NCBI GenBank assembly: GCA_049840735.1
Contig: JASGJN010000022.1
Span: 608,001 to 672,000 of the forward strand
Source: Anaeromyxobacter sp.
GTDB lineage: Bacteria; Myxococcota; Myxococcia; Myxococcales; Anaeromyxobacteraceae
Reading direction: 5' to 3'
DNA: 64,000 nucleotides
The notes beneath the pieces were generated by a model. It was not told where the DNA came from, did no database searches, and worked only from the letters and a program-made list of their open reading frames with translations. A program made the position numbers and the translations under genes. Position 1 is the first letter of the stretch. Every line of letters begins with the position of its first letter. This document shows, one piece after another, positions 52,513-61,581 of this stretch.

Positions 52513-52869
52513 ATGGCCTGCGTGCTGGTCGTGGACGATGAGGCGGACATCCGCCAGGCGGTCTCCGAGATCCTGGCGGACGAGGGCTACGTGGTGGTCG
52601 GGGCGCGGGACGGCGCCGAGGCGCTGGCCCAGGCGCGCGCCGCGCACCCGTCGCTGGTGCTCCTGGACCTGATGATGCCGCGCATGAACGGCTGGGAGTT
52701 CCGCGAGGCGCAGCGGCAGGATCCGGAGCTGGCGAAGATTCCGGTGGTGGTCCTGTCAGCCCTGGCCCGCGACAAGGGCATCGACGCCAGCGGCTACATC
52801 GAGAAGCCGTTCGACCTGGACGACCTGCTCACCGCCGTCCGGCGTCATACGGGGCCCCCCTCGGCCTGA
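52513..52869 (+). CDS. Single-domain response regulator
   Basis: LVVDDE, LLDLMMP, EKPF. Confidence 0.9.
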   Translation: MACVLVVDDEADIRQAVSEILADEGYVVVGARDGAEALAQARAAHPSLVLLDLMMPRMNGWEFREAQRQDPELAKIPVVVLSALARDKGIDASGYIEKPFDLDDLLTAVRRHTGPPSA

Positions 52870-53291
52870 ACCCGCCGCGCTGGTGGACCACCAGCAGCGC
52901 AGGCGGCTTGCGCCCTGGCGTCAGCGCCGCCGCGCCGGCGCGCGCCGCCTCCACCGCCCGTGCGACCTGGTCGGCCGCCGCCGGCTCGGCCTCCAGCGCC
53001 TCGCAGGCGGAGGCCAGCACCTCGCCGACGAGCCGCCACTCGCCGTCCAGATCCTCGGCCGCGCCGCCGGCCACCCGGAGGACGCCCACGACCTGCGCCC
53101 AGACGCGCTCGGGCTCGTGCCCCTGCACCAGCGCCTCGCCGGTGCGGGCCAGGAAGTCCTCCACCAGCCCGTCGAATCAGGCCGGGGAAGATCATGGGCC
53201 GCGCCTGCAGCCGCGCCGCCCGCCAGATGCGGGCCAGGTCGAAGGCGGAGGCCCGCAGGGCGTCTCCGGCGCGGCGCGCGTCCAGCCTCAC
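52829..53291 (-). CDS. Hypothetical protein (frameshift near 53175)
   Basis: GTGA overlap with the upstream hydrolase; frames join at LI/DGLVEDFL. Confidence 0.55.
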
Positions 53292-53950
53292 GCCACACCT
53301 CCCTGCTCGAGCAGCCAGGCGATCGAGGCCTCGGCCTCGCGCTGCAGGCCGGGCAGGTCCTCGCCGCAGAGGTGGGTCGCCCCGGGGAGCGGCGTGAGCC
53401 GGCGCGGTCCGGCCGAGCCGGCCAGCGCGGCCGCCACCTCCGCCGGCGTCCCGAACTCGTCGCGCTCCGCCTGCACCACCGCCAGCGGCCGCCTCACCGC
53501 CCGCACGTCGGCCGCGTCGCGCGCGGCGTCCAGGTCGGCGTCGGCGGAGCGGAGCGCGAGCCCGGCCAGCAGGAGGCCGGCCACCCCGGGCCGCGCGCTG
53601 CCGGCCTTCACCGCCATCCAGGCGCCGAAGGAGAAGCCGCACACCAGGAGCGGCGCGCCGGGGTGGGTGGCCTCCAGCGCCTCCAGCGCCGCGCGGGCGT
53701 CGTCCGCCTCGCCGCGGCCGCCGTCGTAGGCGCCGGCGCTCCGGCCCACCCCCCGGTAGTTGAACCGCAGCGAGCGCCCGCCGGCAGCGCGCACCGCCTT
53801 GGCCAGCCGGTAGGTGGCGTGGTTGTGCATGGTGCCGCCGAACCGGGGGTGCGGATGGCAGACGAGCGCCAGGAACCGGGCGTCCTCCGGCCCTTCCAGC
53901 AGCGCTTCGATGCGGCCCGCGGGCCCCGTCAGGTCCACCTGCACTGGCAT
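53288..53950 (-). CDS. Alpha/beta hydrolase
   Basis: HPHPRFGGTMHN, FNYRGVGRS, GFSFG, GATH. Confidence 0.9.
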   Translation of the reverse strand: MPVQVDLTGPAGRIEALLEGPEDARFLALVCHPHPRFGGTMHNHATYRLAKAVRAAGGRSLRFNYRGVGRSAGAYDGGRGEADDARAALEALEATHPGAPLLVCGFSFGAWMAVKAGSARPGVAGLLLAGLALRSADADLDAARDAADVRAVRRPLAVVQAERDEFGTPAEVAAALAGSAGPRRLTPLPGATHLCGEDLPGLQREAEASIAWLLEQGGVA

Positions 53951-54024
53951 CCCCCAAAACCGGCCGGACTCTATAGCAGATTCACCCTCCGCCGGTTCCC
54001 TGCCTTTTGCTAGGTTGGACGGCC

Positions 54025-55305
54025 ATGGAGGGGCTTGGCCCGCTGGAGATGTTCGGTTCGGTCGCGGCGCTCGCGGCGCTGGTTGCCCTGCGCGCGGTCG
54101 CCGCAGCCCTGGAGGCCGCCCTGGTGGCGCTGGGCGTGCCGCGTGCGCAGGCCCTGGGCACGGCGCCGGACGCGAGCCGCCGGGCCCGCGCGCTGGCCGC
54201 GCTGATGCTGGACCGCGAGGTCACGGCCTTCACCATCCGCTTCACCACCGCCTTCAGCATGCTGCTGCTGGGGCTGCTGGCCGGCACCGAGGCGGCGTGG
54301 CTGGTCCCCCGGGGCGGCTGGTGGGGCGGTCTGGTCGCAGCCGTTGGGGTGGGGCTGCTCACGCTGCCCATCTCGGCGCTGGCCCGCAGCCTGGGGGCGG
54401 CGCACGGCGAGCCGGTGGCCCTGGCGCTGGCCCGGCCCTTCCGGCTGCTCCGCAAGCTGCTCAGGCCGCTGGCGCGGCTGGTGATGGCCTGCACCTTCGG
54501 CCAGGGGCGCTTCTCCATGCCGGCGCCGCCGCTGGACGAGATGGAGCGGGCGCTGGCGGAGTACGCGCGCGCCGACGAGGGCGCGGCAGCCGGCAGCGCC
54601 ACCACCACCAGCGAGCTCATCCACCGCGTCTTCGAGTTCAAGGAGAAGGTGGCGCGCGACCTGATGGTGCCGCGCACCGACGTGGTGGCGGTGGAGGGCT
54701 CCACGCCGGTGCCGGAGATCATCCAGCTCCTGGCGGAGGAGGGTCACTCGCGCATGCCGGTCTACCGGGAGAGCCTGGACCGGATCGAGGGCGTGCTCCA
54801 CGCGCGCGACCTGGTGCCGCTCCTGGCGCACCCGGAGCTGATCGTGCTGCGCGACCTGCTCCGGCCGGCCCACTTCGTCCCCTGGTCGAAGCCCATCGAC
54901 CAGCTGCTGCGGGAGATGCAGCGGCGCAAGCTGCACATGGCCTTCGTGGTGGACGAGTTTGGCGGCGTGATGGGCATCTGCACCATCGAGGACGTGCTGG
55001 AGCAGATCGTCGGCGAGATCCAGGACGAGTTCGAGGAGGACGAGGACCGGCTGGTGGAGGCGCACGCCGACGGCACCTTCACGGCGCAGGGCGCCGCGCC
55101 GGTGGCCGAGTTCAACCGCGTCACCGGCGCCGGGCTGCCCGAGGACCAGGACTTCGAGACGGTGTCCGGGTTCGTGAGCTCGCTGGCCGGCGCCATCCCC
55201 GCCCGCGGCGACCGCCTCCACTGGAAGGACTGGGCCTTCACGGTGGCGGAGGCGGACCCGCGCAAGGTCACCAAGGTCCGCGCCGCGCGCGTGAAGCGGG
55301 GGTGA
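54025..55305 (+). CDS. CNNM/CBS/CorC (hemolysin-family) protein
   Basis: TM region, MVPRTD, HSRMPVY, VVDEFGG, EDVLEQIVGEIQDE. Confidence 0.9.
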   Translation: MEGLGPLEMFGSVAALAALVALRAVAAALEAALVALGVPRAQALGTAPDASRRARALAALMLDREVTAFTIRFTTAFSMLLLGLLAGTEAAWLVPRGGWWGGLVAAVGVGLLTLPISALARSLGAAHGEPVALALARPFRLLRKLLRPLARLVMACTFGQGRFSMPAPPLDEMERALAEYARADEGAAAGSATTTSELIHRVFEFKEKVARDLMVPRTDVVAVEGSTPVPEIIQLLAEEGHSRMPVYRESLDRIEGVLHARDLVPLLAHPELIVLRDLLRPAHFVPWSKPIDQLLREMQRRKLHMAFVVDEFGGVMGICTIEDVLEQIVGEIQDEFEEDEDRLVEAHADGTFTAQGAAPVAEFNRVTGAGLPEDQDFETVSGFVSSLAGAIPARGDRLHWKDWAFTVAEADPRKVTKVRAARVKRG

Positions 55306-55306
55306 G

Positions 55307-55864
55307 GTGAGCATGACCGGTCCCTTCCTGGTGGGCGAGAAGGTGTCGCTGCGGCCGCTGGACGCCACCGACGCGCCGCGGCTGGTCACGCTGCTCAACG
55401 ACCCGGCGGTGCGCCGGAACCTGCGCCTGGACCGGCCGGTGTCGCTGGCGGCCGAGCACGAGTTCATCGCCGCGCTGGCCCGCGCCACCGACCAGGTGGT
55501 GCTGGGCGTGGCGGCGCGCGACGACGGCCGGCTGCTGGGCGTGACCGGCCTGCACCAGCTGGGCGACGCGGCCCGGCAGGCCGAGTTCGGCATCTTCCTG
55601 GGCGGGCCGCAGGAGTGGGGCAAGGGCTTCGGCCAGGAGGCGACCCGGCTGATCGTGGACTACGGCTTCGGGACGCTCAACCTGAACCGCATCTGGCTGC
55701 ACGTGAACGCCGGCAACCAGCGCGGCGTGCGCGCCTACCAGAAGGTCGGCTTCAAGACCGAGGGCGTGCTGCGGCAGGCCTCGTTCCGCGACGGCGCCTA
55801 CCAGGACGTGGTCGCGATGGCGATCCTGCGGGAGGAGTGGGCGCCGCCCGGGCGGCCGGGGTAG
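55307..55864 (+). CDS. RimJ/RimL-type GNAT acetyltransferase
   Basis: WGKGFG, LNLNRI, YQKVGFKTEGVLR. Confidence 0.9.
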   Translation: MSMTGPFLVGEKVSLRPLDATDAPRLVTLLNDPAVRRNLRLDRPVSLAAEHEFIAALARATDQVVLGVAARDDGRLLGVTGLHQLGDAARQAEFGIFLGGPQEWGKGFGQEATRLIVDYGFGTLNLNRIWLHVNAGNQRGVRAYQKVGFKTEGVLRQASFRDGAYQDVVAMAILREEWAPPGRPG

Positions 55865-55872
55865 AAGGGGGG

Positions 55873-56166
55873 ATGTACGCGCTCGCCATCATCCGTTACC
55901 GCAAGCCGCTCGAAGAGGTCCTCAAGGTCGTCGACGCCCACCGCGCCTACCTGCGCGAGCTGAAGGCCAGGGGGACGCTGGTGACCTCCGGGCCGTTCGA
56001 GCCGCGCTTCGGCGGCGCGCTGCTGCTGCGCGTGCCGGACGAGGACCCCGACCCCGCCCTGCTGGCCGTGCGCGACGGCGATCCGTTCGTGCAGCACGCG
56101 GTGGCGCAGTACGAGCTGTTGCCCTGGCTGCCGAACATCGGGAAGGAAGACCTGGACCGGGCCTGA
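55873..56166 (+). CDS. YciI-family protein
   Basis: AHRAYL, SGPF, GG, DPF. Confidence 0.85.
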   Translation: MYALAIIRYRKPLEEVLKVVDAHRAYLRELKARGTLVTSGPFEPRFGGALLLRVPDEDPDPALLAVRDGDPFVQHAVAQYELLPWLPNIGKEDLDRA

Positions 56167-56219
56167 GCGGCGCCGAGGGCGGGGCGGGCACGGTTCATGT
56201 GCGCCGGGCGCCGCCGGAA

Positions 56220-56279
56220 CCGGTCAGCCTGAGCGTAGCCCCAGCGTAGCCCCGCCGGAGGCGGGGCGGAGTCGAAGGC
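56220..56279. repeat. REP-like element, copy 4 (half element with internal agcgtagcccc duplication)
   Basis: cctgagcgtag..[hairpin]..cggagtcgaagg. Confidence 0.75.
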
Positions 56280-56335
56280 TGGGACCGGGTTGAAGGCGGC
56301 GGAGCCTCCGGCGGGGCGTGCTAAGGTTCGCGGCC

Positions 56336-57716
56336 ATGACCGAGAACCGTTCGCGCCGAGGCGCCGGGCTACTACCGCTGGCTGGTGCTGCTGGCCTGCA
56401 GCATCGCCATGTTCGGCAACTACTACGTCTTCGACGCGCTCTACCCGGTCACCGACGCGCTGCAGTCGCAGCTCGGGTTCACGCACCAGGACGTCGGCGT
56501 GCTCGACACCGCCTACAACGTCGCGGCGCTGGTGGCGCTGCTGGGCGGCGTCTTCCTCATCGACCGGCTCGGCACCATCCGGTCGGCGGTGCTCTTCGCG
56601 GCCATCGGCGCGCTCGGCACGGCCGGCATCGCCTACGGTCCCGAGCTCCTCTCCGCCAATCCGGCCTGGGGCATGATCGGGGGCCGCTTCGTCCTGGGCC
56701 TCGGCTCCGAGCTGTTCATCGTCGCGGCCACCACCGTGGTGGGGCGCTGGTTCAGCGGGAAGACGGTCGCCACCGCGCTGGCGGTGCAGCTCCTCATCGG
56801 CCGGCTCGGGTCGGTGGTGGCGGACAAGTCCCCCGGCCTGGCGAAGTCCCTCTTCACCGGCTGGCAGCCGCCGTTGATCGCCGCGATGGGCCTGGGCCTG
56901 GTCTGGCTCGTCTTCGCGATCATCTACGCGCTGCTCGAGGCGCGCGCCGCCAGGGTCTACGGCGTGAGCCAGGGCGGCACCACCGACAAGCTGGTCCTGG
57001 CCGACATCCTGGCCTTCAACCGCTCCTACTGGTGGGTGGTCGGCCTCTGCGTGGCCTTCTACGCCACCATCTTCCCGTTCCGGACCCATGCCAACGACTA
57101 CCTGATCCAGGTGCACGGCCTCACCAACGAGGCGGCCGGCAACCTCAAGTCGCTGGTGCCCCTGATCTCGATGTTCGGCATGCCGCTCTTCGGCATCCTG
57201 GTGGATCGGATCGGCAAGCGCGCGCTGCTGATGACGGTGGGCTCGTTCCTGCTCGCCTCCTCGTTCCCGCTCATCGTCTACTGGCACACCGGCGTGGCCG
57301 TCCCGGAGATCGCCACGCCGGCGTTCTGGTTCGTCCCCAAGTTCGTGCTCATCTCGGCCGGCACGCCGCTGGGGTTAGCGATCACCCACTGCATGCTTGG
57401 CCTCGCCTTCGCGCTGGTGCCAGCGGTGCTGTGGCCTGCGGTCACGTACCTCGTGCCGGAGAAGCGGCTCGGCTCGGCGTACGCCCTCATGACCTTCCTG
57501 CAGCAGCTGCTCTGGGGCGGCATGAGCTGGGGCATCGGCGCGGCCAACGACCTGGCCGGCGCCAGCGCGGCCCACCCGGAGGGCTGGCGCTACGCCATGT
57601 GGGCCCTCTCGCTGCTCAGCCTGAGCGCGTTCGTCTTCTCCTTCCTGCTCTGGCGCGACGAGCGCGGGGCGCACTCGCACGGGCTGGAGGCGCGGGCGCC
57701 GAAGCAGGCCGCGTAG
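56336..57716 (+). CDS. MFS transporter (frameshift near 56345)
   Basis: 12-TM pattern, IDRLG, GRFVLGLG, VDRIGKR. Confidence 0.88.
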
Positions 57717-57781
57717 GCCCCCTTTCGCGAAGGCAGGCTCGGCGGCCCCGGGATCACCGGCGGGGCCCGCCTGTCAATTAT

Positions 57782-57848
57782 TTGCCATCGCGATCCCGGG
57801 GTCGTATGCTGCGATATCGACGCAAGATCCTGTGATCTGGACAGGATC
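57782..57848 (+). promoter_or_regulatory. Sigma70-like promoter of pomYZX with downstream inverted repeat
   Basis: TTGCCA-N17-TATGCT (57782-57810); gatcctgt-N7-acaggatc (57826-57848). Confidence 0.55.
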
Positions 57849-57895
57849 CAGGTGTGGGTGGCGGGCCCGGCAACCGGCGGGCACTGGGCGGGTGA

Positions 57896-59629
57896 ATGGC
57901 GGACGGCGTGGACGCAGGGACGGCCTTGGCGATCGATCCGGAGGAGCTGCTCCGGAGCGCGCTGGAGAAGATCGTCTTCTTCGAGTGCCGCGTCTCCCAG
58001 CTCGAGTCCGAGCTGCTGGCCGCCCGCACCACCGCGGAGCGCGCGCGGGCCGACGCGGCCGCGGCGCGCCGGCACGAGGTCGAGCTGGAGCAGACGGCGG
58101 CGGCCGAGCGCGGCGCGCGGGGCGACCTGCAGGCCCGCGCCGACGACCTGGGCGAGCGGGTCCGGCTCCTGGAAGGCGAGCGCGAGCGGCTGCTGGCGGG
58201 GCTGGTGGAGCGCGCCCGGGTGGGCGGCGCCCCCGGCTCGGACGGCGCGCCCGGGCCGGAGGAGGGCGGCGCCGACCTGGCCGGCTTCATCGCCGAGCTG
58301 CGCGCCGAGATCGTGGCCCTGCGGGCCTGGAAGGCGGCGGCCGAGGTCGCCGGCTACCGCGGCGAGCCGGGCGCGACGGTGGTCCGGCTGCCGGTGCACG
58401 AATCGGTGCCGGCGCTGGCCGGGCGGTTCGAGTCGGAGGGGCGGGTGGGGCTCTCCGGGCGCGACACCGACCGGATGAAGGGCCTGCTGGGCACGCAGGC
58501 CGACCGCGTCCTCTACGAGCGCTCCATGGACGACCTCAAGGCCGCCGACGCCCGCACCCGCCTGCGCGCGGTGCGCGCGCTGGAGGCGCTGGGCTCCAAG
58601 GCCGCGGCGCCGCTGCTGGCCGCGGCGCTGGGGCGCGAGGCGGACGAGGGCGTGAAGGCCGCCATCCTGGGCGCGCTGGCCCGCTTCAAGGAGCCGTTCG
58701 CGGCCGAGCTGGCGGCGCGCGAGCTCGGCGACGCGCGCCCGGCGGTCCGCATCGCGGCGCTGGAGACGCTGGCCGCGGTGGCCCAGGACTCCTCCGAGGC
58801 GCGCCTGGCCGAGGCCATGGCCGACCCGAGCCCGCTGGTGCGGCGCCGGGCGGCGCTCCTGCTGGCATTCACGCAGGGTGAACGGTCCGAGGCGGCGCTG
58901 GCCGCCGCGCTGGGCGACCCGGACCGCGGCGTGGCCCGCGCGGCCGCCGCGGCGCTCTCCGGCCGGCCCACCGCCCGCGCCCAGGGGGCGCTGGCCCGCG
59001 CCCTGGAGCACCCGGAGGCCTCGGTCCGCGAGGCGGCCGGGCGGGCCCTGTCGCGGGTGTCGGGCGAGGCGGTGCCGGTGGACGGCCCCGCGCCGGCGCG
59101 CCGCGCGGCGTCCCGGCGGATCGCGGAGAAGCTGGCGGCGATGGACGCGCCGGCGCTGCGGGAGGCGGTGCTGGCGGCGACCGCGACGCCGTTCGCGGCG
59201 GCCGTGCGCCCTTCGGCTCCGGTCGCTGCGCCCGTTCGTCCTTCGACTCCGGCGCGGGCCAGCGTGCCCGCGCAGCCCACCACCCGCGCCTGCGCTCAGG
59301 ACGAACGGATGGCCGTCCGTCCTGCGGCTGGGGTCACGACAGCCGTTCGTGCTGAGCCCTTCGAAGAGCTCAGGGCAGGCGGAGGAGCACGAAGGGTGGA
59401 GGCCCCCGCCCGCACCGCCGTGGCGGTGATGGTGCAGGAGGCCGCCCCCGCGGCCGGCACCGACCTCGAGGCCGTGGTGGCCGAGGTCCGCATGTCGCTC
59501 CGCGGCTGCACCGCCGCCGACCTCGGCGCCGTGCTGGGCCTGGCCGGCGGCCAGGTCGAGGCCGCGCTCGCCACCCTCTCCGCCCGCGGCACGATCGTCC
59601 AGCGCGGCGCCCGCTGGTTCATGGCCTAG
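57896..59629 (+). CDS. pomY: PomY-like cell-division positioning protein (coiled coil + HEAT repeats + disordered region)
   Basis: LL.SALEKIVFFE.R N-terminus, HEAT repeats, position upstream of a ParA and PomX as in Myxococcus. Confidence 0.78.
   Translation: MADGVDAGTALAIDPEELLRSALEKIVFFECRVSQLESELLAARTTAERARADAAAARRHEVELEQTAAAERGARGDLQARADDLGERVRLLEGERERLLAGLVERARVGGAPGSDGAPGPEEGGADLAGFIAELRAEIVALRAWKAAAEVAGYRGEPGATVVRLPVHESVPALAGRFESEGRVGLSGRDTDRMKGLLGTQADRVLYERSMDDLKAADARTRLRAVRALEALGSKAAAPLLAAALGREADEGVKAAILGALARFKEPFAAELAARELGDARPAVRIAALETLAAVAQDSSEARLAEAMADPSPLVRRRAALLLAFTQGERSEAALAAALGDPDRGVARAAAAALSGRPTARAQGALARALEHPEASVREAAGRALSRVSGEAVPVDGPAPARRAASRRIAEKLAAMDAPALREAVLAATATPFAAAVRPSAPVAAPVRPSTPARASVPAQPTTRACAQDERMAVRPAAGVTTAVRAEPFEELRAGGGARRVEAPARTAVAVMVQEAAPAAGTDLEAVVAEVRMSLRGCTAADLGAVLGLAGGQVEAALATLSARGTIVQRGARWFMA
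59200..59395. repeat. REP-like elements, copy 5, inserted in-frame within pomY
   Basis: ccgttcgtccttcgactccg..cgctcaggacgaacgg (59232-59308); ccgttcgtgctgagc..gcacgaagg (59343-59395). Confidence 0.8.
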
Positions 59630-59637
59630 GGGAACAC

Positions 59638-60582
59638 ATGGAGAACGTCCGCTACACCGCGAAGCGCCTGGCCGAGATCCTCTCCGCGACCGAGAAGCAG
59701 GTCGTGAAGGAGCTGGGCCGCAAGGACGGCTTCGGGCCGGAGGACCTGGCCAACCTGCGCGTCAAGCTGAAGCGCACGCCGCCGGCCTTCCCGCCGCGCG
59801 TCCAGCTCTTCCTCAACTTCAAGGGCGGCACCGGCAAGACCAGCCTCTCCTCCTCCTACGCCTACCGGCTGGCGGAGAAGGGCTACCGGGTGCTGATGAT
59901 CGACCTCGACAGCCAGGGGCACGCCACCAAGTGCCTGGGCCAGGAGGGCTCGAGCTTCACCGCCACGCTCCACGACGTGCTCATCCGCCGCAGGCCGCTG
60001 GCCGAGGTGACGGTGCCGACCGGCATGCCGAACCTCGCGCTGGTCCCGGCCAACCTGGCCATGAGCACCATCGACCTGGCGCTCATGCCGCTGGCCGGGC
60101 GCGAGTTCCGGCTGCGCAACGCGCTGGAGGCGGTGAAGGGACAGTACGACTTCGTGGTGCTGGACGCGCCGCCGTCCTTCGGCCTGCTCAACCTGAACGC
60201 GCTGATGGCGGCCTCCGACCTGATCATCCCGGTGCTGGCCGACTTCCTCTCCTATGACGGCCTGCGGCTGCTCTTCGAGACCATCCAGGGGCTGGAGCAG
60301 GACCTCTCGCACCAGCTCGAGAACATCTTCATCGTGGTGAACGCCTTCAACCAGACGTTCAAGATCGCGCGCGAGGCGCTGGAGGCGCTGCGCACCCACT
60401 ACGCCGACTACCTGCTCGACACGGTGGTCCGGCAGTGCACCAAGTTCGCCCAGGCCTCCAGCGAGGGCTGCCCGATCTTCGGCTACGACCCGGACTCGAA
60501 GGGCGCGAACGACATCGACACCGCCCAGACCGAGATCCTGGGCCGGATCCAGGCCGCCGCGCGCGCGGCGGCGGGAGCGTAG
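59638..60582 (+). CDS. pomZ: PomZ ParA/MinD-family ATPase
   Basis: NFKGGTGKTS, IDLDSQG, DAPPSFG; N-terminal extension; flanked by pomY and pomX. Confidence 0.85.
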   Translation: MENVRYTAKRLAEILSATEKQVVKELGRKDGFGPEDLANLRVKLKRTPPAFPPRVQLFLNFKGGTGKTSLSSSYAYRLAEKGYRVLMIDLDSQGHATKCLGQEGSSFTATLHDVLIRRRPLAEVTVPTGMPNLALVPANLAMSTIDLALMPLAGREFRLRNALEAVKGQYDFVVLDAPPSFGLLNLNALMAASDLIIPVLADFLSYDGLRLLFETIQGLEQDLSHQLENIFIVVNAFNQTFKIAREALEALRTHYADYLLDTVVRQCTKFAQASSEGCPIFGYDPDSKGANDIDTAQTEILGRIQAAARAAAGA

Positions 60583-60585
60583 GAC

Positions 60586-61539
60586 ATGCGCAAGGCCTTC
60601 GACGCCAACGTCCCGAAGCTGAAGCCCCGGCTCAAGGGGGCGGCCACGGCTGCGCCGGTCATCGAGGACGCGGTGGAGTCCCCGCCGCTGGCGCTGCGGA
60701 CGCAGGAGCCGGAGGTCGAGGCCGTTCGCCAGGTCGCTGAGCCCATCGCTCGTGGTTCGACAGGCTCACCACGAGCGGAGTCCGTTCGTGCTGAGCGTAG
60801 CTCGCCGCAGGCAAGCGGAGTCGAAGCACGAACGCAGGAGCCGGTCGAACCGACCGTCCCCACCTCCGACGTGGGCGACCGCCGCGACCGCCTGCAGAAG
60901 ATCAAGAAGCGGGTGGCCGAGGCCGCCCGCCCGGCGCCGCGCATCGAGCCGGTGCCGGCCGATCCTGCCCGCGCCGCCGAGAGCGTGCTGGGGCTGGTCC
61001 ACGACCTGGAGGCCGAGCTGCACCGGGCCCGCGAGCGCGAGGAGGCGCTCCGGACCGACCTGGACGGCGCGCGCGTCGAGCTGGCCCGCGCGGCCGGCGA
61101 GGCCCGCGGCGCCAGCGAGAAGCTGGTCGGCGCCGAGCGCGAGCTGGACGAGAAGCGCACCGTGCTGAACGAGCTGTTGGCCGAGATGGGCGCGCTGGAG
61201 GAGGAGCGGGACGAGGCCGTCCGCCGCGCGCAGGCCATGGCCGCGCTGGACGAGGAGCGGGCCCGGCTGCTCGACGAGGTGACCCGCCGCGCCGACGAGG
61301 AGTCGAAGCTGCGCGCCGAGCGCGAGGCCGAGGTGGAGCGGCTCAGCGAGGAGCTGCGCGCCGGGGCCGCCGACGGCGCCCGCCTGCGCAACGCCGTGGG
61401 CGAGCTGGCCCGCGAGCGCGACGGCCTGGCCAGCGAGCTGGACCGCCTGCGCGCCGAGCGCGACGAGCTGGCCTCGGCCAAGCGCGCGCTGGAGCAGGTG
61501 CACGCCGCGCTGGCGCAGGCGCGGGCGCGGCTGGGGTGA
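60586..61539 (+). CDS. pomX: PomX coiled-coil ATPase-activating scaffold
   Basis: N-terminal MRKAFDANVPKLKPRL resembles the PomX N-peptide (recalled as MKKAFEQNVSRAKPRL); disordered region then long coiled coil. Confidence 0.82.
   Translation: MRKAFDANVPKLKPRLKGAATAAPVIEDAVESPPLALRTQEPEVEAVRQVAEPIARGSTGSPRAESVRAERSSPQASGVEARTQEPVEPTVPTSDVGDRRDRLQKIKKRVAEAARPAPRIEPVPADPARAAESVLGLVHDLEAELHRAREREEALRTDLDGARVELARAAGEARGASEKLVGAERELDEKRTVLNELLAEMGALEEERDEAVRRAQAMAALDEERARLLDEVTRRADEESKLRAEREAEVERLSEELRAGAADGARLRNAVGELARERDGLASELDRLRAERDELASAKRALEQVHAALAQARARLG
60747..60834. repeat. REP-like elements, copy 6, inserted in-frame within pomX
   Basis: cgctcgtggttcgacaggctcaccacgagcg; ccgttcgtgctgagcgtag..cggagtcgaagcacgaacg. 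Confidence 0.82.
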
Positions 61540-61581
61540 CCGGCGAGCGGGCCTGCTCTCCCGCCCGGGGTGAGCACCGAG

